Shown one piece after another: positions 26,038-40,929 of a stretch of 64,000 nt of DNA. The DNA is from the human T2T-CHM13v2.0 reference genome, Homo sapiens. The translations under genes were made by a program, and so were the position numbers. A model generated the notes under the pieces. It was given only the letters and a program-made list of their open reading frames with translations. It was not told the origin of the DNA and ran no database searches. The stretch is taken from the NCBI RefSeq assembly GCF_009914755.1, contig NC_060942.1; one strand, given 5' to 3'. The stretch's first letter is position 1. The number at the start of each line of letters is the position of its first letter.

Positions 26038-26415
26038 GGGTATATGCACACCATAGAATACTGTGCAGCCGTAAAAAGGGAAAGAGATCATGTCATTTGC
26101 AACAACATGAATGCAGCTGGACATTATCCTAAATGAAGTAATGCAAGAACAGCAAACCAAATACGATGTCTTCTCACACACAAGTGGGAGCTAAACATTG
26201 GATACTCATGGACATAAAGATGGCAGCAGTAGACACTGGGGACTACTAGAGGAGGGAGAGGAGAAAGGGCTGAAAAACAAACTGTTGGGTATATACTCAG
26301 TACCTAGGTGACAGGCTCATTCACACCCCAAACCTCAGCATCGCACAATATACCCCGATAATAAGCCTGTATATGTAGCCCCTGAATCTGAAATAAAAGT
26401 TGAAGGGAAAAAAAA
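26038..26415 (+). mobile_element. 5'-truncated L1PB 3' end
   Basis: aagtgggagctaaacattg...ggacataaagatggc...aacctcagcatc...aataaaagttgaa plus an A tail. Confidence 0.9.
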
Positions 26416-28278
26416 GAATACACTATGCTGAAATAAAAAACAAGTAACAAACGCTTAATAACTACTAGGTCAAATACGACATTTAAACAATGAAATGATG
26501 GACTAATCAGAAATTAATGACAGTAGAGTTCACAAAATGTGGCCTCCGTAATTTTTGATTTGGGAAAAATGTTGCCTTTTTATTGTCTAATATATCATTA
26601 ATTTAAAAAATATATTCGATGAACAACGGGAGAGTCATTTTTGTGTACAGGATAGAAGTTCATATGCATTTATTAGAATAGCTTATATAATTTAGCAAAT
26701 TATTTGTATTTTATTAAAATTTAGTAATTTAGTAAATTTTCAAATCCTCTGTTTTCTGTATCACCATGCTGAGAGAGCTATTTTAAAGTTTCCCAATGCT
26801 ATCATGTTTCTGTCAATTTCCTGTTGAAATGCTAAGATCTTTTGCTTTACATACTTTAATTCAATTTGTTTTAGCACAGAGTGTCATAGATGTTATACCG
26901 ACAAAATGAATAATTGTTTTGTTTTTAATTTTTATTTCACAAGAAATATACAAAATTATAAAAATAACACACAGATGCCTGTGTACCACCAAATCAACTT
27001 GAAAACCAAAACACTGACTGAACAGTTAGTTCATCTTTGTGATCTCTCCCCGGGCTATCCATCTTCATTCATCCCAATTAAAACCTTTATACTAATTTTT
27101 AGGTTTATATTTCTCATAAATTTTTATACCTTTGCTAGAACATTCATAAATAATATAGTATTATAGGATACTTATATAGTGGAATTTTACGCAGCAATAA
27201 AAATAAATGACCTTGAGTAAGACTTTTCAAGTGATATAAATCTAAAAACCCTATTTAGCAAAAATAAGCTAGTACAGAAGAACATATGCAATGTGAAACT
27301 ATTTACATTGTAATTTTTTAAAAAAAGAATTGTACCTTATATCTATCAAATAATCCTTGTTCTCCCACTTTAAGCCGTTTGCATTGAATTATCTTTTACT
27401 ATTTAGTATACTGAAGTTTGGTTTGTTTCCATTTTCATGATTTATGTGTCCACACTTATGCTTTCATTCTTTTAAAGGCAGCTTTGCTTTAGATATGTTT
27501 ATTTATACAAAATAAAATGTGAAAGGCTTTGTCTTTTAATACGGTAGTTAAACCAACAGCATATATAACTGAACTATTTAGACATCTTTTTATCTTGCTC
27601 TTTCATGTTTTTAAATTTTCTTGCTGTTTCTTTTATTTTTGTTCTCTAGCCAAATAAACTACACGACCTTCATTTTTATCACAACCAGTGTTTTCATACA
27701 TAATGGATAGAGAGATTGGCAAGATAGATGATTGACAGATTAATCAATTTATAGATACATCATATCTTGTTTTCAACAACCAGTTTCAGGCTTTTCAAAA
27801 CTGTACTTAATCTATACTTCTTAACCTATTCCTTTTTTCATTGTCATAGTTAAGTCAAAAACAGTATATTTTTGTTTTCTTCTCTATGCAGTAGAATATT
27901 TTAATTATATTTTGTTTCCATCTACTCTTCCCTTCGTCCCCACTGCTAGACTTTATTTGTATAATTAAAATTCTAAATATTTTATTATATTATCATTTTT
28001 AAATATACATGTTCTTTTTTGAGAAAATGTTTGACATTTGAATTTTCTAAATCAGGTATACGGGTGTTTTTATTTATTTCAATTGTTCAACTTTTTTCCC
28101 ATTTGCCATACTTCTCTTGCTACTTGTCTCCCCCTTTTTGAGATTAATGTAGACCTATCTTTCAAAGAGATGGGTTACCTTCAGATAGATATCACAAACA
28201 CGTGCATGAACCATGTGTGAGCATGTGTTTATTTTGTCTTGACACATTAAAAGGTGGTGATTATAGAGGACAAAATCA

Positions 28279-28780
28279 GGCTTGGTGCAGTGGCTCATAC
28301 CTGTAATCTCAGCACTTTGGGAGTCTGAGCAAGGAGGATCACTTGAGCCCAGGAGTTTGACACCAGCCTGGGTGAAATAGTTAGGCCCTAACTCTACAAA
28401 AAAAAAAAAAATTAAAAAAATTAAAAAAATTAAAAAAATTTAAAACTTTAGCCAAGTGTGGTGGTGCAATACCTGTGATCCTAGCTACTCAGGAGGCTGA
28501 GGTAGGAGGATCACTTGAGCCTGGAAGGTCAAGGCTGCAGTGAGCCATGATCATGCCACTGCACTGCAGCCTTGGTGACAGAGTGAGACCCTGTCTCAAA
28601 AAAGAAAAAAGAAATTAGCCAGGTATGGCGGTGCATGCCTGTAGTCCAGCTCCTCGGAAGGCTGAGGTGGGAGAATCACTTGAGCCCAGCAGTTCGAGGG
28701 TGCAGTGAGCTATGATCACATAGCTGCACTCAGCCTGGGCAACAGAATGAGACCCTGTCTCTAAAAATAAAAAATCAAAA
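28279..28780 (+). mobile_element. AluJ dimer followed by an extra right arm (28613-28780)
   Basis: ggatcacttgagcccagg AluJ diagnostics; expanded linker (aaaaaaatt)n; second aattagcc...ctgtctc arm. Confidence 0.92.
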
Positions 28781-29078
28781 GTGACAGGACAAAATTCGGA
28801 GCAGCATTTACTATTGCATCTGAGAAGTCTCAGATGAGGCTGACTTTTTCCTTTGTGAGAAGTCAATCTTTTTTCCCTCCTTCCTCTCCCATATCTCACC
28901 CTAGATGATTATAAACGCTAGCTTTATTCTTCTAGTTAGAAAATTTTGCCAGAATATCTGTAGTCCCTTTGTCTTGGCATCATGTGATAAAATCTTTTCA
29001 TCTGTATGCCCAGCTCAGAAAAGTTGCTCTCTACTGCCACCTCCGCCTCATCACATCTTTAATTATTGCTTCTGTTAA

Positions 29079-29875
<797 letters not shown>

Positions 29876-30727
29876 CTCATAATTTTTCCATCTTTATTTT
29901 TTCTGTATTGTGCGGAAAGTTTTTCTCAAGTTCATCCTTCACATTTATTGATACTATCTTCTGTAGAACCAATTCTGGTTTTTACATGAATATATATGGA
30001 TTTTAATTATGAAATTTTTAGCACCCTAGAAGTTCTTCCTATTTCATTCATCTCCCTTTTCTTCCCTTTCTTTTATTTATCGCAGTTGCTTGCCTCTTTA
30101 TTATTTTACTCTTTTTTCATAGAGGCTATATTTTCCTTTATTTATGATTACAAAGAGCTTTTTGAATTTTATTCTTCTGTTATTTTTTTCTAGATTCATA
30201 TGTGCCCTATGATTCCATTAGAGTGCTCTCTCTGCCTGGATTTAGGGTACTTTTTCAAGGGTCCATGATATTTTTTAAATCTGTTTGCTCATCTTTAATA
30301 ATGCTCAAGAGTTTGTCAATAAACTGGGTTTATGAATCTTCATTTTTTTCTACTGTCTGCCAACTCAAGTATATAATCTCCAATCATTAACTAGAGGCAG
30401 ATAAGGATGGATGGTGGGGTTTGTAGATTTCCTTTGGTTTTACGCCTCAAGGATTTTGTGTTCTATCACTCTGCTATCTCAGAGCTACAATTAGGAGGAA
30501 AAGCCTTATTACATCAGGCTGCACTTTCCAAGAACCTACTAAAGTACCATCTCTCTTAGATTGTTTTTGTCTGAAACAAAAATGTAGTGCATTAAGAATT
30601 ACAGTCTTCAACATGGGCTAATACTAAGGATTTCTATCAATGACCCAAGTCATGAGCACTTTAAAATACTTTTCAATTAAAAATGATGGGAAGTGTGATG
30701 GAAAGGTGATTGGGCTAGAAAGTCAAC

Positions 30728-31150
30728 TGTGGTAAATAGTGTAGACTGGGTCATTCAACACCTGTTTCTGTTCACTTTTAGTTTGTCTTGCTGTAATATC
30801 AAAATCGGGAAAGATGAAAACTACCTTTCCCAGTCTCTATTGCAAATAGTTTCCTCTGAGGTCAACTTTCTGTTAAGCAGATGAACCCATGCAAGAATTC
30901 TGAGGTAGAAGAGAGCAGCAGAGGTGGAAGACATGAAGAGAAATGAAGTCTTCTGGCAAACACAGGGAAAGGGTGTTAGGTAGTTCTGCATCAGTTGTAG
31001 GAGAGCTTAGAGTTTCCAAAACATTTTGTCTTGGATTCTAAGCAGGACCCTTGGGGTTCTGCTAGTGCAGACTGGATATTTCTTCTGAATTTTTGGATCC
31101 TGGCTGTATAACATCTCTGCTTAATTCCCTGATGCACTGTTACTCATTTT
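30728..31150 (+). mobile_element. Old ERVL LTR (LTR33/LTR16-like)
   Basis: aaaactacctttcccagtctctattgca resembles the LTR33/16 ctacatttcccagcctcccttgca motif; lies upstream of the ERVL internal remnant. Confidence 0.5.
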
Positions 31151-31539
31151 TCTTCATATTTTATGGATTTTAACTTGTTTGAAGGCCGTGAAATGAGTTT
31201 ATCTGTGTTAGTTAGCTACCTTGTGAGGAAGTTCCAACTCTCTTACTGACTGCCCATAGAGCCATTGGTGGAAGGACTCCAGAGGGCACATTTCTCATCT
31301 CAGCCCATGTAAATGGCACCTCCAAAGAACTGAGATACGATGATACTACTCTCCATCTCTACCACTCCTCATTCCACAAAAAACAAATAAAGCCAGATCC
31401 AAGAATACACACACCAGGGACCAATTACAACATGCGACCTAACAGAGAATGGTACACACTCCAAAAAAAAAAAAAATTCTATTTCTAATTTAATTTATTC
31501 TTCAAAAGTTTTCCATTAAAACAATACCAAATCCTCGAT

Positions 31540-32400
31540 ATATAGTGGATTATCATAGTGACTATTTGTTAACTCCAATGGCAGCTGCTATTTCCTTTGG
31601 ATATGTTTCCCAGAGTAAATCAACACATACCAGGTATTTAGTAAGAAGCTCTTGACCTAGAAGAAATGTTTTTCTCACATTCCAATAAGCAGAAAACACT
31701 AGAATCTATTTGTCACTTGTCTAGATTATCAGTACACATTTATGTTCTTATCTCAGGACTACATCAATTCTATAGCTCCTGCCATGCAAAATTCAATCAT
31801 CAGAGACGTTGATCCTATCATCCTCCTCCCGCCAGCGAAGGATATTTTGTTGGTCCGCTGCATTAGTGACATCACAAAGATGGGACCTGATGCTAGAAAA
31901 ATCATCGGTACCTTAGATGCCCTGGTAAGACATATGCATGACAAAGGATGAAGACTGAATCCCGTAAAAATTGAGGAGGCCAATTTGTCTAGGGTATGTT
32001 CAAATATCACCTCCCAAGTTAAAGACAATTTGCTACACTGGGAACACCTACCATTAAAAAAATTATTGTGCTTAATTGGCCCATTAAATTTTAAAGAGAA
32101 CACTTCCATATTTGAATGTATTGTTCTAACTCATTTATGAAGCAACCCTTTGGACTACAGGGCAAAATACCTTGCCCGTTAGCTTTTATGATTCAGTGAA
32201 TTGAAAAGACCCTCCCCTCACTGTGTCTATAGTTTATTGGGAGGCTGTGGCAAATTCCTGTGGCAAATTCCAATAGGAAAATCACAGAGAATGCCCCTGA
32301 GTTTTGCAACAAAGCTCCACTCTCTTCAGCAAGCAGCTTTTCTTCTAAAAACCAGCTCTTGGCTTGCTGTTGGATCCTGGTTGAAAATGAACTAATCCAG
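31540..32400 (+). pseudogene. Degraded ERVL-class pol (RT and RNase H) remnant
   Basis: Translations VDYH..TPMAAAI, LSQDYINS (LPQGYINS), LVRCISDI (LVHYIDDI), TLDALVRH, LWQIPIGKSQRMPL, KNQLLACCWILVENE (EKQLLACYWALVETE); frameshifts and stops present. Confidence 0.88.
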
Positions 32401-33314
32401 GTTGCTATAAATGAAATGGGTGTTTTTTGTTGCACCAGACTGAAGGCATCATCAGGAGTGAGCAGAAGTAGACATAACAGCAGTAGAGACACATACTTAC
32501 AGGAAGGTAGTTGTACAAAGGGAGGTATCATTTTCAGGGCCTTTAGCTTGGGGACAAGTATTGTTGGCATAGCACGAGGCAGCGGAGACACCAGGAGAGA
32601 AAACTTAACTTCTCTGACCTGGGAAATTAGAAAACTGATTTGGGAAAACTGTTGTTTAGAGTGGGAAAAACTTGGAACAGAAAAATCCAAGAAGAGATTC
32701 CAAAATATGCCTACCCACATCTTTGAGTGACTTAGGAACCTGCCTTCATAGAATAGACTCAAAGCAGTTTAGCTAATGACAAACTACCTAAACTGAGAAC
32801 AGAGCCACCATCTAATAAAGTTTTCAATTCAAGTTCAAACAAGACAATTGCCTGCAAAATTAAAACAAGCATTGGAGAAAATGTTATAATGTCCAAAATG
32901 ACCAAAGTAAAAAGAACCAGGAAAAGGGAACACATTCTCGAGAGAAAACAAAATCACCTGTGAATCACCCCAAGATGACTCAGATATTAAAACTAATAAT
33001 TGATGATTTTGAAGTGGCTGTGATAACTATCTTTAGAGGGTACAATAAATATGTTCTCAATAAGTGAAATTTTAGGAAATCTCACCTTAGAAATAGAAAT
33101 AACAACAATGAGCCAAATGGAAATTCTAAAATTGAAAAAATAAATTATCTGCAATAAGTAACTCTTCTTTTAAAAATCAATTCTTGGCTTGCTATTGGGT
33201 CCCAGTTAGGTCCTAGATGAATAAATGTAATAGCTGAATGGAGATGTCAGAGGAAAGAATAAGTGAACTTGAAGACAGAGCAATGAATACGACCCAGCAC
33301 AATGTGAAGAATAG

Positions 33315-33712
33315 TGCCGTAGTTTGGATATCTGTCCCCTCGGAAACTCATGTTGAAACTTAATCTCCAATATGGCATATCTAAAGGTTGAATTTTCAAG
33401 AGGTGACTGTGTCATGTTGGCTCTGCCCTCGTGAATGGATTAATCCACTCAGGGATTAACGAGTTATCACGGGAGTGACATTACTGGCTTCATAAGAAAA
33501 GATAGACCTGACCTAGCTCACCTTCTCAACATGTGATGCCCTGTACCACTGTGGGACTCTACAGAGTCCTCACCAGCAAAAAGGCCCTCACCAGATACAG
33601 CCCCTCAACCTTGGATTTCTCAGTCTCCATAACTGAAAAAAATAAATTCCTTTTCTTTTAAATTACACCATTTTAGGTATTCTGTTATAAGCAACAGAAA
33701 CAGACTAAGACA
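33315..33712 (+). mobile_element. MSTB-type MaLR solo LTR
   Basis: tgccgtagtttggatatctgtccc...tctgttataagcaacagaaacagactaagaca; near-TSD aatag/aacag. Confidence 0.9.
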
Positions 33713-35079
33713 AACAGAAATAAAAGCTAAAAAATCAAAAGCATGAATAGAGTACCAGGGACTGACTTGTTAAATAATACAAAACAATGCAACATAAATT
33801 TAATTAGAGTACCAGAAGAACAGAAAGGTAATGGGGAAAAAGTAATGTATCTGAGGAAATACTGACTGAAAATGTCCCCATCTGATGAAAGACAGAAATT
33901 TAAAGACACAAGATGATCAACAAACACCTAACAGAATAAACATGAAGTCCATCATAATAAAAAATTTCCACGTCAAAGGGATGAGCAAATCTTGAAAGCA
34001 GAAAGAGAAAAATAACACATTAAATAAAGAAAAACAATTCAGTTAGTGGGGTTGTCTCATCAAAAGTCAAAGTGGCCAGAAGAGAGTCAAACAACATTTT
34101 TCAAGTGGTCAAAGAAGAGGCTGAACAACTCAAGAATTCTATAACTGGTGAACCTATACTTAAAGAATTAATGCAAAATAGAAATATTTTCAGATAAAAG
34201 ATAAACTAAGGAAATCATTATAAAAGTTTCTAAAGAAAGTCTTCAGACTGAAGAAAATGATAGCAGATGGAAACTTGGATTCTCAGAAAGGAATGAAGAT
34301 CACTGGAAACCATAAGTGAGTCACATTCCCTTACTCTTATTTGCCATTTAAAGTAGAGGTGTAGCGCAAACAACTGTAGCATCAAAAATATGAGTATATA
34401 TAGACACATAGTGTTGTAAGGTTTCTATATCTTATAGGAGGTGGTAAAATATTAAAGTGGGCAGTAAAAGGCTAAAGTTATATGTACCATAATCTCTAGG
34501 ACCATCACTATAATGCAAAGAAATATAGCTAAAAGTCAATAGGAAAATTAAATTGAAATTATGAAAGTATTCAAATAATCCAAACAAGGGAAGGGATAAG
34601 TAGAAAACAAATAATAAAATGATATCTTCATATCTAATCATTGGAATAATTACATTAAATGTTTTTAGTTTTTGGGTTTTTTTTCTATAGAATAATTACA
34701 TTAAATGTTAAAGAACTGAATGATGCAACTAAATGAAGAAATTACTAGAATGCATGTTAAAAATCAAATAACATGTTGTCTACCAAAAATGTAGATTAGG
34801 TATAATTACAGATATACTGAAAGTAAATGGATAGAAAATGATACGCCATGCAAACATAAGCATGAGAAGCCTACAGGCCTCAATTAATATAACATAATAC
34901 AAATTTAAAGACAAAAATATTACCAGAGGTAAAGACAGACAGTATGATAAAGTAGTCAAATCATCAGGAAGATGTGCAAGTTATGAATTTAACAAAGCTT
35001 CAAAGTACATGAATCAAAACTTGATCCAATTAAACAAAAAACAGATAATTCCACACTCCAAATTATATATTTTAACATA

Positions 35080-35220
35080 AGAGTCTGCCAACTTTTTTCC
35101 CAAAGGACCAAAGAGTAAATATTTCAGGCTTTGAACATATTCTTTTTGTGAGTGTGTGTGTGTGTGACCTTTTAAGAATGTAAAAATCATTCTTAATTTG
35201 ACAGCCTGTGGGCCAGCAAT
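35080..35220. mobile_element. MER58-type hAT fragment
   Basis: caaaggaccaaagagtaaatatttcaggctttg...tttaagaatgtaaaaatcattctta. Confidence 0.65.
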
Positions 35221-36313
35221 TTATAGATGAGTTCAACAAAAGAATCAGCAAAGACAGAGAATGTTTGAACAACACTATCAGTAACCTAGAGTAAACTGAT
35301 ATTTATAGAGCTACCCAGCCACCCAACAACAGAATACATATTCTTTACAAGTACGTAAGCTACATTTACTAGAATGGTCCATATGCTTAGTAATTTAAGG
35401 TCTCAAATTTAAAGTTTCAAGTCACGTGTTCTGACCAAGATAGGATTGAATTAGAAATCAACAACAAAATACATAGGAAAATCCCAAATGTTTAGAAATT
35501 CAACATTTTGAAATAATTAATGGGTGAAACAAGAAATCACAAAGAATATCATTCAGTGATTAAATAAAATTGTCATGAAACGCAAAATGTTAAAATTTTT
35601 CAGGCGTAGACAAAATAATGCTTAGAGAGAAATTAAGGACCTCATAGGACATCTGGCTAAATGTCTTTTTTTTTAGATGCATGAATAAACTAACATCAAG
35701 AGATTTGCAGAGATTACCACAAGTGATTAATGGCAAAATCACTTCTTTTTCTTTATGCCTTGATCAAGTAGCTCAGTGCATGTTACAAGGTAGTAGCTCA
35801 GTAATTGCATATTGAATGTGAATAGATGACTTCTAGGTATCTGTGTAGAAGTAAACGCAAATGGATTAAAGTGTCGTTACAAAATATTATAGTTTACATA
35901 CTAATTTAACTTTTAAAGTGATGCAATTATTTTAGCTTATTTTTTCAGAAGGAAACTACATCCTTAAAATGTTGTATACTTCAATAGCTGACTCTATAAT
36001 TATTGTGACCAAGAGACAAAAGGGCTACAGTTTTTTTTTTTTTAAATAAATTTTAGCTAAAATGTTCATAGTTTCCCAAAGAATGGGAACAAAAATTCTG
36101 CTTACCTCACTGGCTTCATTGGATTTTATTCCGTCTTCTGCCTATCGGAGTCACGTGACACACCCTGAGACTGTGACCTTTATATTGGTTCTAACCAGAA
36201 AAGGGAGAGCATCCATCTCCACAATCGCTACAGAGCTCCTAGTACGATTCACTGGGGCTGCCCCAGAGGAGTTAACCCAGACTTCAGGATTTCCTGACAT
36301 GCAGAATAGTTTT

Positions 36314-36622
36314 TCTTTTTTGTTTTTTTTCTTTTTTTTGGGACAAAGTTTTACTCTTGTTGCCCAGGCTGGAGTGCAATGGCGTGAGCTCAGCTCATTG
36401 CAATCTCCGCCTCCTGGGTTCAAATGATTCTTCTGCCTCAGCCACCTGAGTAGCTGAGATTACAGGCGCCCGCCACCATACCCAGCTAATTTTTGTGTTT
36501 TTAGTAGAGACAGGGTTTCACCATGTTGGTCAGGCTGGTCTTGAACTCCTGACCTCAGGTGATCCACCCGCCTCAGCCTCCCAAAATACTGGGATTACAG
36601 GTATGAGCCACTGCACCCAGCC
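36314..36622 (-). mobile_element. AluS (Sq/Sx-like)
   Basis: Full antisense dimer; TSD CAGAATAGTTTT at 36302 and 36624. Confidence 0.96.
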
Positions 36623-36714
36623 CCAGAATAGTTTTTCATGTGTTGATGCTCACCTCACACCCAGTTATGATTTACTAGACTGTAAACTTAGAAGAAACCA
36701 AAACTATAAAGAAA

Positions 36715-37461
<747 letters not shown>

Positions 37462-39787
37462 TAAATTTTTTTTTTTTTCATTTTGTCTCTCTGCCCCAAA
37501 GAAATTCTATGTGCTATATTCATTAATCCCTAGCATAGGATCTCACATAGACATTAGATAAACATTAAACTTACTAAAATCTCGCTAATTTTTAGATAAG
37601 GAGAATGCAATTTTTATGCATTGAGCACCCCCAATTTCCTCTGGCAAATTAAAGATGTTACTTAGTTTGTAACAATTCAGAAAACTTTAACTATGGTAGC
37701 TCCAATTGCACAATTGGTTGGCACCAGGTACTTACAAAACAGAAAGCTTCAATTCATGGAAACCTAGAGCACTGCATTACAATGATCACTGGTGCTGTTA
37801 ATTGTAACTCTCTGGAATAGAAACACGTGACATTAGCCAATAACCATGGTCTCTTATGATGAGCTGCCTACTTCGTATAGAGATGGCTCTCGTTGTTATC
37901 AACATCGTTTTCAAGCCTCCAAGTTGCTTGTACATGTTATGCGACTTACCTTATTCAGAATCCAGAAGGCCACAAATGTCTGGGAATGTTCATGACTGAG
38001 TGAATAAAACTGTTCTAAAGAATAATTTTTAAAATTCTTCTGGTTGGTACAAATAGGAAACACTGTTTAGTTGCAATCACCAAATTAAGGTAGACAAATC
38101 TATGGAGGAAAAAATGTGCATTATTGACATCTCTGAGCTGAGAAACATTTTTCAGTCACACTGTACAGCCCATCCAGGAATTACTGAGCTCCAAATATAG
38201 ATGATGACTAAGATATATAGAATCTCCTCGACAGGGCTTGCTTAAGCCTGAGCACTTTCCCCAGGGCTGCTGCATATTGTACTTGCACATCTCAGATTTG
38301 GTCAAAACCAGGCCTCTATCAGAACGGCGGCCAAGAACTGTTGGCTCTTCTGATCCCTGAATACTGGTTGTCTACACATGTGGGAGATATTCTCCTCTCT
38401 TTTTAGCATCCTTTCTTCTGTCATCACACTTCAAGGGCTTTACTCAAATTTAACACATGGCAAATGTGTGAATGCTTCAGATGCTGAATGAATTAAAAAT
38501 GTAAGTGATTCTTTAACTAGATCATGGGTAACCCCCCAAAAGGCCAAGGATGGGGGAAATGAAATAATTCGACAATGAGACTTTCTAGCACACAGTTGAA
38601 TCCCCTGTGCAGAGTATGCTTTTTTAATGCAATCTCTAGCATAACTTCTCAGGTATTAACTCTGGAAATATTTGTTTGTTCAAAGTTTCTCATCATAAAC
38701 AGGAAGGCAGAGATTTGCAGAGCTTTTGTTCATGCTTTATTTTCTTCATGAGTAACTAATTAGTAGCTTAGAAGATTACCAGAAAGATTTTAGAAAAATG
38801 ACACAATGGCATTGGTTAGTATTTATGCTTTAAGTTTTGACCATTTAAAGCAGAAAAATAGGGAACTGGGCGATTGGCCCAGCCATCTATAACAGTCACA
38901 AGAAGAAGTTGACTGACAAGAGAACAAGGCACATACTGTTTTTTTCCTGGCAAATATGAACAACAAGCATAGACACTCGAAAAATATTCGATGCAGATCT
39001 CAAAAAAGGAAGGAAATCCAGAGGAGAAGATGGAGGTAGCAAAAGAGTTTATGCATGTGCTATCCATTATTGGGCTGATCCTCAGCCAAAACCCCAACAG
39101 AGATTCAAAATTAAATTTCCAATTAATTTTGGCCGGATTTTTTTTGGTCTTTTTGAGTAAAAGAGTTCTCAGAGGATCCCCTTCTCTTGGTCCTTTGAGA
39201 ATAAAATGACCTTTCCAACAACCAAATGGCTTTCCTCTAATCCAAACATTAGAATAATTTATAGAAAAAGGATAATGTTGAGGCTCTTATTAGACTAACG
39301 TTATCTCTACTTGTTTGGTTGCCATATAAAACGTTCATACTCCAGAAACATCACCTCAAGCATTCTTTGCCATAAACAGAAAGCAAAACAGAAATATTAA
39401 AAAGAAAATTAGTGTAGCGCTTTCAAAGAATTAAGATGCGATTTGGTAGCAGAGTAATTTTCTAATTATCATCAGTTGTCTTTTCTGCACCATGCCCTTG
39501 ACACAGTCAATGGACTATCCTATAGAAATAACAAAAGGCTAAATTGCCAAATACCATCATACATACTGTACTTGAGTCTGATCTCTGGGCCTGACAGGAG
39601 ACATATTATTGTCAGCAATTACCCAGAGGGTAAAATAATTTCTCTCAGACCTTCTCTTGTTCTATAAGACAGCCAGGCTTAAGACTTGAATTGTGCTACC
39701 TACAGAGGGAAGCCCAAACCTCAAGGTAAGAGCTTTGCATATGCAGTTAACAAGCCCTGTAGTCAGAAGAAGTAAGAAGTTGGAGGA

Positions 39788-40498
<711 letters not shown>

Positions 40499-40551
40499 GA
40501 GGGTAAGACAGTCTCTTTTATTTAGTTCAATCTTCTCTTTTTACACCCGAT

Positions 40552-40929
40552 GCTGCAGTCTGCTCAGGCTGCCATACGAAAATACCATAGATTGAGTGAT
40601 TATTGTCTCAGAGTTCTGGAGGCTGGGACTGAAATCATGGTGCCAGCAAGGTAAGGTTCTAGAGAGGACTCTCTCCCTGGCTGGAAGACAGCATCTTTGC
40701 TGTCTTGCTATACACACAGTCTCTTCTTTGTGCACTCGGGGGGAGAGAAAGAAGGAGCTCTCTGGTGTCTCTGCTTATAAGGGTACTAATCCTATCAGGA
40801 GACCCCACCCTCGTGAACTCATCTAATCTTAATCACCTCCTGAAGGCCCCACCTTCAAACACCATTATATTAGGGGTTAGAGCTTCAACACATGGATTTG
40901 GGAGGGACACAAACACTTTTTCCGTAACA
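40552..40929 (-). mobile_element. MLT1A-type solo LTR
   Basis: agtctgctcaggctgccata...cttataagggtactaatcctatc...gggagggacacaaacac...taaca. Confidence 0.88.

Larger units (their letters stand above)
32430..35640 (+). mobile_element. Old L1M 5' region, ORF1 and start of ORF2, interrupted by MSTB and MER58
   Basis: gccaaatggaaattcta, aataagtgaacttgaagacagagcaatg, aaagtaaatggatagaaaatgatacgccatgcaaac, caacaacagaatacatattctt. Confidence 0.82.

Noticed and set aside
32193-32762. 189-aa minus-strand ORF
   Set aside because: Antisense shadow across the ERVL/L1 junction; no motif support
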